Of a stretch of DNA of 64,000 nucleotides, positions 42,711 to 55,654 are shown in pieces (within the stretch, counting starts at the first letter, position 1; the number at the start of each line of letters is the position of its first letter). The stretch covers positions 101,370,001-101,434,000 of the forward strand of contig NC_042999.1 in assembly GCF_006345805.1 (NCBI RefSeq), in the 5' to 3' direction. The DNA is from Octopus sinensis (taxonomy: Eukaryota). The position numbers were made by a program, and so were the translations under genes. The notes beneath the pieces were generated by a model. The model saw only the letters and a program-made list of their open reading frames with translations. It had not been told where the DNA came from and did not search any database.

Positions 42711-43722
42711 GTATATGTATGCATGTGTGTGTCTAATGTGTTTGTATATCTTTTGGTATATACATGTATGAACATATATGCTTGCAGATATGTATATGCA
42801 TGCATATGTGTATAGGTGTGAAAAAGTGAATGTTAAAACGATGACTATATATACATACATACACACACACATACATATATACACACACACCGTCAGAGCT
42901 ACATTATTGCCCACTTTGATAGCTTCTCATCCCTCTAATATTCCTATCGGTCAACCCTCTTAATACACATCCTTCTCATCACTCACCAGCCTATCATCCA
43001 TGCGACTGTCTCTGTTACCCTTGCCTTTACCAATCCTGTCTCTAGCAATGCACACACTATTGCTCATCTCTTGATCACTCCTTCCTCTTCTCACGCCCTC
43101 TAGACTATGACGTTGGTGTGACAAAGGATAGTAGTGGACATCTTTGGTTCACTGCACATTGCTTCCAGTGTAACTAGGATAAAATTGCAACTATCTGACC
43201 CATTCACCAATGCTACACACTTCCAACCTTACACTTATCATGCTAGCTTTCTCCCCACCTTCAGGTATAAGATTAAGGGTCTTCATCAGATGTTCATTTA
43301 GCCCATACACTTTATCTATGCTTAACCCTTGGTATTAAAATCTGACACTCAGATTCATTGGCTGAATCCTTGTTGTCTATCTCTTTCTCACAATAAAATA
43401 CACCCAGGACACTCTGTCAAGTGCAGTGTTGGAAGTACTCTTCAGCTTTGTCTAAGATATAATAATCTCCCTAGAACTGATGCTATCAAAAACTGTACCT
43501 AATACACTCGGTGGAGGAGTTCATGTTAGGAAAAGTACCCTGCCACAGAAACCATCAACAATTAGTAATCTGATGACCCATCCAGGAAAGTTGTGACAAC
43601 CTGGCTAACCCAAACCCACATGGAAACCGAGAATACACAAACGCACATGTACATAAAAATATATACATACATATACATATATATATATGCAAATATATAC
43701 ACACACATGTTTATTTATATAT

Positions 43723-43767
<45 letters not shown>

Positions 43768-44174
43768 ATATCCATATATCTACAGGAGAACTAAAAGGCA
43801 TATCATTTATGTCTATGCATCTGCACACAATTGTCCCTGACAAATCTCTCCCCGACAACTCATTTTCCTAACACGCTTTCCACCACGCACTGTATTCCTC
43901 TCTCTCTCTATCTCCCACTGTCCATCTGCAATCTTGCAATCTTACACTCTGACTCACCCTGTCCAATCCTCTGCACCACTCCTATTTACATTCATCTCCT
44001 TGTACCTTGAGGGTAAACTCTGACACATCTTCACCACTATCTTCTCTCTACACTTCTTTCTTTTTTCCAACTGGGGTGGACATGTATTTCCACTACAGCA
44101 AAATGCCTTTTTCAGTTCCTCTATCATACCTCTCATCAACTGGCACAAAGCTAACTCCCTAAATTCTACTCTCC

Positions 44175-44415
44175 CTCACAGCTGCAGGGTCATGCCTTGT
44201 AAGTTACTTGGTGACCATGCTAGTGCTGGTGCCACATAAAAAGCATGCAGCACACTCTGTAAAATGGTTGGTGTTAGGAAGGGCATCCAGCTGTATAAAC
44301 CAAGCCAAAGCCAATAGTAGAGCTTGGCACAGTCCTCTGACTCATCAGCTCATGTCAAACTGTCCAACCCATGCCACTATGGAAAATAGATATTAAATGA
44401 TGACAACGATGACGT
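44175..44415 (+). mobile_element. SINE family C (RTE-type tail, (TGA)n end)
   Basis: ggtgttaggaagggcatccagctgta...ccaacccatgccactatggaaa...taaatgatgac; minus copy at 59943-60315. Confidence 0.7.
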
Positions 44416-44469
44416 GTATATACTGCTACATGTGTGTGTGTATGTGTGTGTATGCACATATATGCATGC

Positions 44470-44514
<45 letters not shown>

Positions 44515-44516
<2 letters not shown>

Positions 44517-44915
44517 TGTATACATATATATTTACTTGTTTCAGTCATTTAGCTGTGGCCATACTGGAGCTACGCCTTGGAGGATTTTAGCCAAGTAAAT
44601 AGATCACAGGGCTTATTTCTTAAGCCTAGTACTTATGTTATCGGTCTCTTTTCTTGAACTGCTAAGTTATGGGGACATAATCACACCAACTCTGGTTGCC
44701 AAGCAGTGATGGGGGGGGGGGACAAAGACACACATACATACACAAACACACACACATATATACACAACGGACTTCTTTCAGTTTCTATTTACCAAATCCA
44801 ATCACAAGGCTTTGGTCTGCCTAAGGCTATAACAGAAGACACTTGTCTAAGGTGCCATGCAATAGAACTGAACCCAGAACCATGTTGGTGGGAAGCAAGC
44901 TTCTTAGACAGCCAG
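44515..44915 (-). mobile_element. Full-length SINE family A
   Basis: Reverse complement of 15105-15500. Confidence 0.8.
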
Positions 44916-44929
44916 GCCAGCACCTATAT

Positions 44930-45630
44930 CTATATATATATACACACACACATATATACATGTATATATATACATATATATACATGTATATATATACATA
45001 TATATACATGTATATATATATATATATATATACATATATATACATGTATATATATATACATATATATATATACATATATATACATGTATATACATGTATA
45101 TATATACATATATATACATGTATATACATGTATATATATACATATATATACATATACACATATATATATATATATACATATATATATACATGTATATATA
45201 CATATATATATACACATATATATACATGTATATACATGTATATATATATATATAATATATACATATATACATGTATATATATATACACATATATATATAC
45301 ATATATATACATGTATATATATATATACATATATATATACATATATATACATGTATATATATATATACATATATGCATGTATATATACATATATATACAT
45401 TTATACTTATATATATATGTAGATATATATACATACATCTATATATATACATACATCTATATATACACACACCTATACAATTATATACATATATACATGT
45501 ATATATGTGTATATATATATATATATATACATTTATACTTATATATACACATACATATATATACACACATATATATACACACATATATATACATATATGT
45601 ATACACAAATATATATATATATATATATAT
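44930..45630. repeat. TA/TACA compound microsatellite
   Basis: Direct inspection. Confidence 0.95.
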
Positions 45631-46494
45631 AATACACCCATCATTCACAAGTATGAGCATACTTTCGCAGTGTTAGCTGCCCAATGTAGTCATGAGGAGA
45701 TGCAGACACCTTCCCACCCTTGTATTTGCAGAACATCCAGGATGTGATATGGAGGACGAAACACCAACAGCAGCACTGGGATGGTATGGGCGATTTTTCT
45801 GGAGATTTTTTCTCAAAGAAGCTAACTGAATCTCAGTGGGATTTGAACTCAGACCTTCAAGTAATATCACAAAAGAATCTGATACTCTAACTACTCTGCC
45901 AGTCACCACCTTGTGTGTGTGTGTGTGAATAAATCATACATTTAGTTAAGACGGTAGGGAACGTTGAAATATATTTGGCTGTTATTTCTAGCATATCAGA
46001 TAGACGCAGAAAGGTTTCTCGTTGTCAGGGCAAGCATACCTATTGTTAGTGTCTAACCCCATACCTGTTTTGGTTTGAGGAGGCCTTTAATTGAAGACGC
46101 TCCTGGCTTGACCATTCCTTCTTATATTTACCGTCTAGGGTTTCTTCATTATCATATGTCATTTGTTTGTTTAGGAATTATTTCTTTTGTTAAGGGTGTG
46201 ATTGAAGATTTGAAGAGAGCAACTTATCCCGTTGCGATGATACGATGCAGTGTCTATCGTGGATGGGTGTAGTGTGTGTGATTTTAGATTAAGCTGCAGT
46301 GCTCGATAACCGCATAGAGGTCTCCTTTTTCGTTAAATCATCAAACAGTGATGGTCACACATAACGCAATCACACACACACACACACATACCAACTAATA
46401 CATACACTTCTTTTTTTTTTCATTTTTTTCTTCTTTTTTTTTTCAAAATGGAAATAAAAAAAGAGAAAAGGACGGAGAAAATTTTCTAACTTAC

Positions 46495-46752
46495 CTCGCT
46501 GCGATGTCCTCTGAGGTTAAAATTAGACCTGGTAGGTGCATCGTACTTCCGACAGTGACTTGTGGTAAAGGTAACTCCAACTACAGCACTGGCGTTGCCC
46601 GAAGCCAACCATCCCTCCATGTAATACTCTGCACGATTTAACTTCCAACAGTCGGCATCTGGAATGCCATCGGGCACTTTACCCATCCACGACAAACACT
46701 GCACAGTGCAGTCGCAACGGGTTGAGTTGTTCTGTTCAAAGTGAACATGCAT
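46495..46752 (-). CDS. TULP4: First coding exon of Tubby-like protein 4 (WD40/SOCS/Tubby protein, Tusp), 86 codons
   Basis: MHVHFEQNNSTRCDCTVQCLSWMGKVP...YYMEGWLASGNASAVVGVTFTTSHCRK...RSNFNLRGHRSE matches my recollection of the TULP4 N-terminus (CLSWKGRVP...YYEEGWLATGNGRGVVGVTFTSSHC...RINFNLRGHNSE). ATG at 46752-46750; phase-0 donor GAG|GTAAGT at 46494-46489. Confidence 0.93.
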
Positions 46753-47199
46753 ATTTTCGGCTCACAAAACAGCGTTGACAACACCGTAACGGCTTTATGG
46801 TTTCAGCAAAAATACTTTTGGTGGCGGTTTGTGTGGGTTTTCATTTAAAAATATATAATCCCGATGGTGATCCGTAAGTATCGATCCTTTTCGATTTCCT
46901 TCTTTCAAATTCACTTATTCTTATTTGCCGTCTTTTAAAATATACTGTACATGTACAAAATACCGCACCGCATCTACATATACACGTGCATATACATACA
47001 TATTTGTATACATACATTTATGTATGTGTGTATATGTAAATATACACAGCTACAATATGTATGTATGTATGTATGTACGTATGTATGTATGTGTTGTGTG
47101 TATTATTTCAATGATTTATAATTGAATAAAAAACATTCTCTAACATTTACACACATATATACATATATTTTATGCATATGTGTTTTTTCAGTTTACATA

Positions 47200-47242
<43 letters not shown>

Positions 47243-49344
47243 ATATATATATATGTATACGGACACACACAATTCCCGTGTATATGTATTATTTAGTACG
47301 AGAAATTATTTCTCTGACAACAATGTTTACAACATTGTTGTATGATTTATAAGAAGCCTTTGACATTTGTGTTTCCTTTACATACCCTGTCTCAATAAAC
47401 ATCATCAGTTTGAAATTTCAGAATGATTGGCACTATCCATCTTTCCTTTCTTTCTTTCGATCAAAATTCTTTAGAATACTCAAACATATTTCAGGCTATG
47501 TGTATATGTGTAATAAACTAAAAGACAAGTTATTTCCAATGAAGGGCTGCTGTTTTCCAGCCTCACCCAGAGCTATTTCCCAACCATATTTTCCCCATGA
47601 AAATTCTCGTCTGTCGACATTTGACCAGAGGTAGAAGGAGGAGGAGAATGAAAAGAAATTTAATGCATTAGAGAATCTTGTAAAAAATTAAGAGAAACTT
47701 ATGCATAATGGGTTTAATTATTGTTAGGTTAGGTTAGGTTCTGTAACAAATACTGTAACATTTGGAAAATGTTGGGGGTTTTTTATCGTATGAAAGAAGC
47801 TTAAACCATATCACAGGTTTGAGAAAGCATAAAAATCTAAAATGATGTTTTATCGAATATCAACTGACTGAGACATCAGGGTCAGATTGTGAAGCAAGTT
47901 TGGGAGAAAAGTTTATGCTCATACCGGCTGGAGCATTGAGTCAGATTCCAGTCAATGGAGAGAGAGAGCCAAGTTACAAAACATCATCAAGAAAGCTTTA
48001 GAATGAGCTTACCACATGGCAGCTGACATCAGTTCGATCATTGACAATTCAAACATGCACAAAAAATGCCAATCAAAATCACTGAAAGATTGATAAAAAT
48101 ACATGAGAAAACAAATCTTGATAGTATTACTAACCAGAAACCCACCTAAAATCCATACACGTGGTCTCTTAACAACTTTGTTTCTGCATTGCCATCGTTC
48201 ACTTGCTACTCTCATCAGACTTGGCCTCCCTTTCACTTACACTCTTTGTCTAACTCTCCCTATCTCTCACCCTCTCATAATCTTTCACTTGATCCACTTC
48301 CATCTAACATCTCTTACTCTACCTATACCTCTCACTACACTATTACCTCCTTATCGTTCTACTTTCACTTTCCCCTGTATCGTATACTACCGCTGATACA
48401 CTGCATACACGCGTGCGCAGCAATCAGCCACCGAGGAGATGATATACAATAGACAGCTGAGAAGAATGGTGTATGCAAGCAACGGTTACTAACGACCCTG
48501 GCTAGAGTAATAAATTCTTAACGAAAAAAAAAGCACAAGACAAAAACAGTACAGTGTATTCGATTAGCATACATTTTCTCCTGTTCAACATAACACTCAC
48601 TCATACATACACATTCATCCAGCCGATCATTTGCTTTCCGTTCAATTTTAAATATATTTCATTGGATACCATGGTTGCACCACTCGCCGACTGAAACCTC
48701 TACGTCACAGTTGATCGACTCCAGCCTCAAACTGCCGCCGCTATAAACAGCTTCGTGTACAAGCCATCTTACACTGCATTCATCAGTCATAACTGTAAAG
48801 ATGATGATGATGACGACAACGACGACAGCGATAATTCCGCTAACTGCTACCTGTTAGATGGTGTGCAACGGTTATCAATTGAACAGTATAACATATGAGA
48901 AACACTGCCTAACAGTCTTGTCATGGTAACAGCAATAATTTAACGTTGGAATTGACCAGTATAAATACAAGATATAGTGAAAACTAAGCAGACTAGCTGG
49001 TAGTGAAACGGATAAACAAAAGAACTAAGAAATCACGGGTGAAAAAGAAATTGGACGGACGGACGGACTAACAATCTTGACACGTTGATCAAATGAACGG
49101 ACGGATGACAAGAGTTGATGGATGGAATTACTAGACTTAAAGCAAGCAATTAGATCTAGTTATATAATATATTTAAACAAGATACACGTGCATACATTTA
49201 GATATATGTAGTTATTTATATATGTATTATTCGAATAAGTATGTTACGTGCTGGTACTCATCAGATTTCGATAAGAACTTTCCATAAGGCCGAAAATGTT
49301 CGCAGCATTCAGTGATTAAAAATTGTAATCGACGCCAATATTTC

Positions 49345-49416
49345 ATAGCAGCATCAACAACAGTTGCAGCAACAGCATCTGTATCAGTAGTTACAACTGC
49401 AGCAGCAGCAGCAACT

Positions 49417-49448
<32 letters not shown>

Positions 49449-49560
49449 TGCAGTAGTCGCAGTAGTAGTAGTAGCAGCAGTAGTAGTAGTAGTATAGTAG
49501 TAGTAGTAGTAGTAGCAGCAGAAGTAGTAGTAGTAGTAGCAGCAGCAGTGTTTGTTAATG
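49345..49560. repeat. (GCA)n/(GTA)n trinucleotide repeat
   Basis: Direct inspection. Confidence 0.9.
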
Positions 49561-49674
49561 TTGTTATTGTAACATAACTATCAGCTGAAATCGATGAGTA
49601 GTTTATCCGGCTAACACTGTTGGTGGGACACACACACACTATATATATATATACACACATATATATATACATAC

Positions 49675-49709
<35 letters not shown>

Positions 49710-50168
49710 ACTATTTGTATATGAATATACTGTGTATGTGATTGCGCGTCTGTGCGTGCGTGTGTGTGTGCGTACCTGAGTATATCTACATTTTCACACA
49801 CGCATACAGACACACACAAGCACACACTTCGCAATCTTTGAGGAAGCTGGAATAATCACAAAAGAAATATGTGGAAAGTAATTTTTTTTTTAAAAAAAGG
49901 GATGTCAGTATATAAGGAGGGGACGGGGTTAAAATAAAATAAAGACGTGCCAGAATCAGAAGAAAAAAAAAGTTAAAGAAAATGAATAGAATAGAAAGAT
50001 TGTAGAAAGAAAGAAAAAAGAAGCGACTAAAAGTGAGAAGTGATGAGATCAAAGACGGAACTACTAGTACTTATCCCAACATTACAGTGACCAAAAGATT
50101 CTGCAACTGTAACAAGCACTGTGTAACAACAGTTAAATTAACGGGCTGATGCAACTTCGATCTCGCCT

Positions 50169-50200
<32 letters not shown>

Positions 50201-50217
50201 ATATATATATATATTAT

Positions 50218-50316
<99 letters not shown>

Positions 50317-50375
50317 CATCTATGTATGTATGCATGTGTGTGTTGTGTGCGTATGTATGTGTGCGCTTATGTATG

Positions 50376-50429
<54 letters not shown>

Positions 50430-50623
50430 AAAAAAAAGACAAACAGGTTTCTCTTTATCCCGATTTATATCACATTGTGTCTTTTCTTCCCCTTCCCTCC
50501 CCTTTAGCATATCGTACCGTTATGTAGGAAGTATAATCTTACTCTATTCCTATCGTTATCTATTATTATCCTCTTCCTATTTGGGTCTTCCACCTCTTTC
50601 TCCCTCTCTCTCTCTCCTCTCTC

Positions 50624-50688
<65 letters not shown>

Positions 50689-51394
50689 CATGCGAGTTTG
50701 CGCATATACATACTCGCACACATACACACGCCGCCCACCCACCTACAAATACAAACTCCAGTAGGCACAAACATTAAAGAAATGCAAGCCGAGTGCTATT
50801 TTCACTTTCGTTTTACTAGCTGCGTTTAGTTTTTATTCCTGTTTCTAACTGTCCTTTGTTTCTTATTTAATATCAGTGAATTCTCTTTACTTTGGGAGCG
50901 GGGGCATTAAATTTCTACACTCATATACAGTATATATGACTCGTCTTTATATCTACTCAACCGATGATAAAGTCTGTATATCTTGCGTTATTTACAGCAG
51001 TTACGTCCCTTTACAGTCTGTGTTCAAATCACACCGAGATCAACTTTATCTTTTATCCTTCCAGGGTCAATAGAATAAAAAGGTTGCCTGAAAAATTATC
51101 ACCCAAGACTTTGGTTGAGAGACATCTTGTCAGGTGGGATACCCTAGGGTGATGAATCTTCAGGTGACAACACATAGCGTCATTTGTTATTTATTTATTC
51201 ATTTATTTGCAGGTGAGGCCAGGATTAAATCAGAACATTGAGTCATCGTAATCATTATCACGACTAGCGACAACAGTGATCACAACACCAAAATCACCAC
51301 CATCGTTAAAACCTCTATCATTATCTCTGCTACTACGACCACCAAAACCTATACAACTACCACATCAACAACTACTAACACCACTACAACTAAT

Positions 51395-51985
51395 AATATT
51401 CTTTTCTACTCTAGGCACAAGGCCCAAAATTTTGGGGGAGGAGACCAGTCGATTAGATCGACCCCAGTACGTAACTGGTATTTAATTTATCGACCCCGAA
51501 AGAGTGAAAGGCGAAGTCGACCTCGGCGGAATTTGAACTCAGAACATAAAGATAGACGAAATACCTATTTCATTACTGCCCACAAGGGGCTACACACAGA
51601 GGGGACAAACAAGGACAGACAAACGGATTAAGTCGATTATATCGACTCCAGTGCGTAATTGGTACTTATTTAATCGACCCCGAAAGGACGAAAGGCTAAG
51701 TTGACCTCGGCGGAATTTGAATTCTGAACGTAGCGGCAGACGAAATACCTATTTCTTTACTAACCACAAGGGGCTAAACACAGAGGGGACAAACAAGGAC
51801 AGGCAAACGGATTAAGTCGATTACATCGACCCCAGTGCGTAACTGGTACTTAATTTATCGACCCCGAAAGGATGAAGGGCAAAGTCGACCTCGGCGGAAT
51901 TTGAACGCAGAACGTAACGGCAGACGAAATACTGCTATGCATTTCGCCCGGCGTGCTAACGTTTCTGCCAGCTCGCCGCCTTGAC
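51395..51985 (-). mobile_element. SINE family B: one head plus three tandem 184-bp body units
   Basis: gacgaaatac recurs at 51555, 51739 and 51923; single tRNA-like head at 51985-51930. Confidence 0.88.
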
Positions 51986-52249
51986 AACTTCCAATATTGA
52001 CGCATCTATCACCAACAATAACAACAACGCCAATATTACAATAGCCACTACTACCACCACTGACACAAGTACCCACAACAACAATCAAGTGATTCTTTAT
52101 GCTGCTCACTCTGCTAGAAATAAGAGACAAATCACACAAAACTATCATAAATTGGGTAGAGAAAAATGGAAGGTACACATGTGGATATTTTGCAATCGTT
52201 TCTAGAAAATTATTGTAGATTCAATTAATTTTAGAAGACAGTATTTTGT

Positions 52250-52645
52250 TATCCTTTATCTTTTTCTTGATTCATTCATTAGACTGCAGCCATGTTAAAA
52301 TGTTGCTTTGAAGGGTTTAGCCAAATAATTCGACCCCAGTACTTATTTTTAAGTCTGGTATATATTGTACAAGTCTCTTTTTTCCTATCTGCTACATTAC
52401 AGGGATGTAAACAAACCAGCATTAGTTGTCAAGTGGGTGCCGGGGAGAAACACAAGCACAAAGACACACATTGATTTATACACGTATACATGCATGCATG
52501 CACTCACACACATACATACACACACACTGACATACTATGGGCTTCTTTCAATTTCTGTCTTCCAGATCCACTCAGGTTCCACACATTGGGACTGAACTGG
52601 AACCATGTGGCTGGGAAGCAAACTTCTTACCACACAGCCATGTGT
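52250..52645 (-). mobile_element. Full-length SINE family A
   Basis: Same head, core and tail as the other A copies. Confidence 0.75.
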
Positions 52646-52702
52646 ATGTATATGTGTGTGTGTGTGTGCATGTATATATGTATATATATATGTATATATA
52701 TA

Positions 52703-52734
<32 letters not shown>

Positions 52735-53069
52735 GAATTTTTTGCTTAATAAGATAAAAAAACCAAGGCTGTGTAGATCTTAGAGCATTTATAGGTAGAA
52801 GGTCTTACAGCTGTTTCTAGGATATTTATCAATTGTATCCCTTCATTGGAGACTGTGTGAGAGGATAGCTAAGTCATACTTAGTTTAGATGTGATACAAA
52901 AATAGATAGTAAGGTGGAGGAAAGAAAATAAATGCAAGATATGTATGGGTATTAAGTTGTAAATCCATTCTTTAGGCATAATGATATATATGCAATATTC
53001 CAATATCCTATGAGCGAAGTCCAATTGTCCAACAGAGTTTAAAATGAGTCCTTCCAGGATCGGTAGGTA

Positions 53070-55294
53070 CTTTTTACGCATCACTGATATGGACGCCAGC
53101 CAGGCAGTGCTGGTAACTGGCACATTCAGTTGGTGCTTTTTATGTGTCATCGGCATGGGTATCTTAACTACAATTTCCATTTGATTTTTATATCTTCATG
53201 TTGGTGTTGATGTGCTTGACTCAATAGGTCTCCTCAAGAACAGCGGGTCACTTTACAATCCAAGGTTAGCACAGCAGGCCATCCTACGAGCCATGAACTC
53301 ACTTCATTCATCCAGTCTTTACAGTCACAGTATATCTCAGAGGTCTTGGTCTTTCATATAGCCTCTGTGTGGCTCAATGTGCCACCGGCACAGGTATCAC
53401 AACTACAATATCCATTTGATTTTTATTTTGATGTTGATGTACTTGATACAATATGTCTCCTCAAGCACAGCTGGTTGCCCTATGAACCAAGGTTAGCACA
53501 GCAGACTGTCCTGCGAGCCATGAACTCACTTCATTTGTCGGGTCTTCGAAGTCACAGCATATCTCCAGAGGTCTTGGTCTTTTGTATAGCCTCTGTGAGG
53601 CCCACAGTATGAAGATCGTGCTTGACCACCTCATCCCATGTCTTCTTGGGTCTACCTCTACACCGGATTCCTTCAACAGTTTGGGCGTGGCACTTCTTCA
53701 CACATCTCTCCTCATCCATCCGTAGTACATGGCCATACCAACGCAAACATCTCTCCTGCACGCTGCATCCGATGCTTCTTATGTCCAACATTTCTCTCAG
53801 GGCGCTTACACTCTGTTGTGCATGGACACTGACATTACACATCCAGCGGATCATGCTAGCTTCATTTCTTTTGAGCCTAAGCATGTCTTCCGTGGTCACA
53901 GCACATGCTTTTACTGCCATGAAGCATGGTGGTTCGCACACATGTGTCATACAATCTACCTTTCACTCTGAGTGAGAGACCCTTTGTCGCCAGTAGGGGA
54001 AGAAGCTTTCAAAACTTTGCCCAGGCTATTCTTATTCTAGTGGTAACACTCTCTGAGTATCCACCCCCTCTACTAACTTGGTCACCTAGGTAGCGGAAAC
54101 TATCAACTACTTCTAGTTTCTCCTCCTAAAGTGTAATGGAATCTGTTTTCTGAGTATCAGTGGTGTCTATTGCCCCTGTGCATCTGCTGCACATGAAAGC
54201 TATCTTCTCGGTTAATTTTCCTTTGATATTGCTGCACCTCTTATGTGTCCATAGCTTACACTGGGTACATCTTAAGGAGTTTCTATCTACACCTTTTCTA
54301 TAGATCGAGAAGGGCCACCTACCTGAAGGGGTATGTTGTGAGTTTGCCTTCCTACTTTCTAGAACTTTGGTCTTTGCTACATTGACTCTAAGGCTTTTGA
54401 TTCTAAACCTAGCTTCCACACACGAAATTTCTTCTCTAGTTCCAGTAGTGATTCTGCTACGAGGGCTAGGTCATCAGCATAGAGGAGATCCCAGGGGCAA
54501 AATGTCTTGAATTCCTCTGTTATTGCCTGGAGGACTATGATGAATAAAAGGGGACTGAGGGCTGAACCAACTTCCACCCAGAATTCTTCACTGTACTCAT
54601 TGTCAATCCAAACCTTGCTAACAGACTCTCTGTAAAGAGCCTGTACAGCCCTTATTAACCATTCGTCAATCTCCTGTTTCCACATCGCTCACCAGATAAG
54701 AGATCGGGGGACCCTGTCAAAGGCTTTCTCCAAGTCCACAAAAGCTAAGTATAGGGGTTTATCTTTGGCTAGGTATTTCTCCTGCAGTTGTCAAACCAGG
54801 AATATGGTATCAGTGGTGCTTCTACCCCGCACAAAACCGAACTATATCTCATTTAAGCAAACTCTCTCCCTGATGAGATGGGCTATGACCCTCTCTGTGA
54901 CCTTCATTACCTGATCCAGCAGTTTGATACCCCTGTAGTTATTTCTATCTAGAGCATTACCTTTACCCTTGTAGCAGTTGACTATGGTGCTGCTACGCCA
55001 GTCGTTGGGTATGACTCCATCATGAACTACCTGGTTTACAATGCGGGTGACTAGGCCATAGCCCACATCACCAGATGTCTTAAGCATCTCAGCAGTGAAT
55101 CCTGATGGGCCAGGGGCTTTTCTTGGCTTCATACCCTTAATTGCTTTATCTACTAGGGAGCTGTCTATATGGATAGCTGGTCCTTCTACTGGGTCAACAT
55201 TAGGCAGGCTTTCCTCCTCCCATTCATTCTCCACAATCATCAGTCTTTCATAATGGCTTCTCCAAGCCTCTTTCTTTTCAGAATCATTGAAAGC
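53070..55294 (-). mobile_element. RTE LINE, 5'-truncated, same family as 32420-34480, with a duplicated 3' end
   Basis: ORFs 54842-55351, 54377-54685, 54126-54419 and 53552-53950 are colinear with the plus-strand copy. Confidence 0.93.
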
Positions 55295-55654
55295 AAGTGC
55301 ACCATATATATATATATATATATGAGTAGTTTTGGTATCCCGAAGACCCAAAATGGTAGGTAAGGTTATGTGAGTGCTATGGAAGGACTGTAGTTAGACT
55401 CCGTGTTCAATAATAGTATGTTCAATAATAGAATGTGGGTCGTGTGTGAGCATGTATATGTTTTAATTAACATATATATATATATATGTAGGTTAGTATG
55501 TAGGTAGGTAGGTAGGTAGGCAAGCACGCAGACATGCATGCAGGCAGCCAGACAAAATTCCAAGCAGATACAGATGTACTGACTGATGAATACAAAAATT
55601 TCTAAATAAATTGAAATTTGTCTCTTAATTGTAGGAAGAAAATATATACATATA

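Noticed and set aside
45830-45912. tRNA-like A/B box sequence on the minus strand
   Set aside because: No complete cloverleaf and it continues into a repeat body; it is a SINE head, as are the other tRNA-like heads in the window.
47720-47740. TTAGG repeats
   Set aside because: Only about three units; too short to call telomeric.
49255-49305. Possible decayed hammerhead (...ccataaggccgaaaatgttc) and an opposite-strand CTGATGA
   Set aside because: Core and helices cannot be completed on either strand.
49312-49834. Poly-Val/Ala and poly-Leu ORFs
   Set aside because: Products of the (GTA)n/(GCA)n repeat, with no flanking coding signal.
51205-51220. tttgcag|gtgagg acceptor/donor juxtaposition suggesting a zero-length or recursive splice site
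   Set aside because: No plus-strand gene is supported nearby and the context looks like a repeat boundary.
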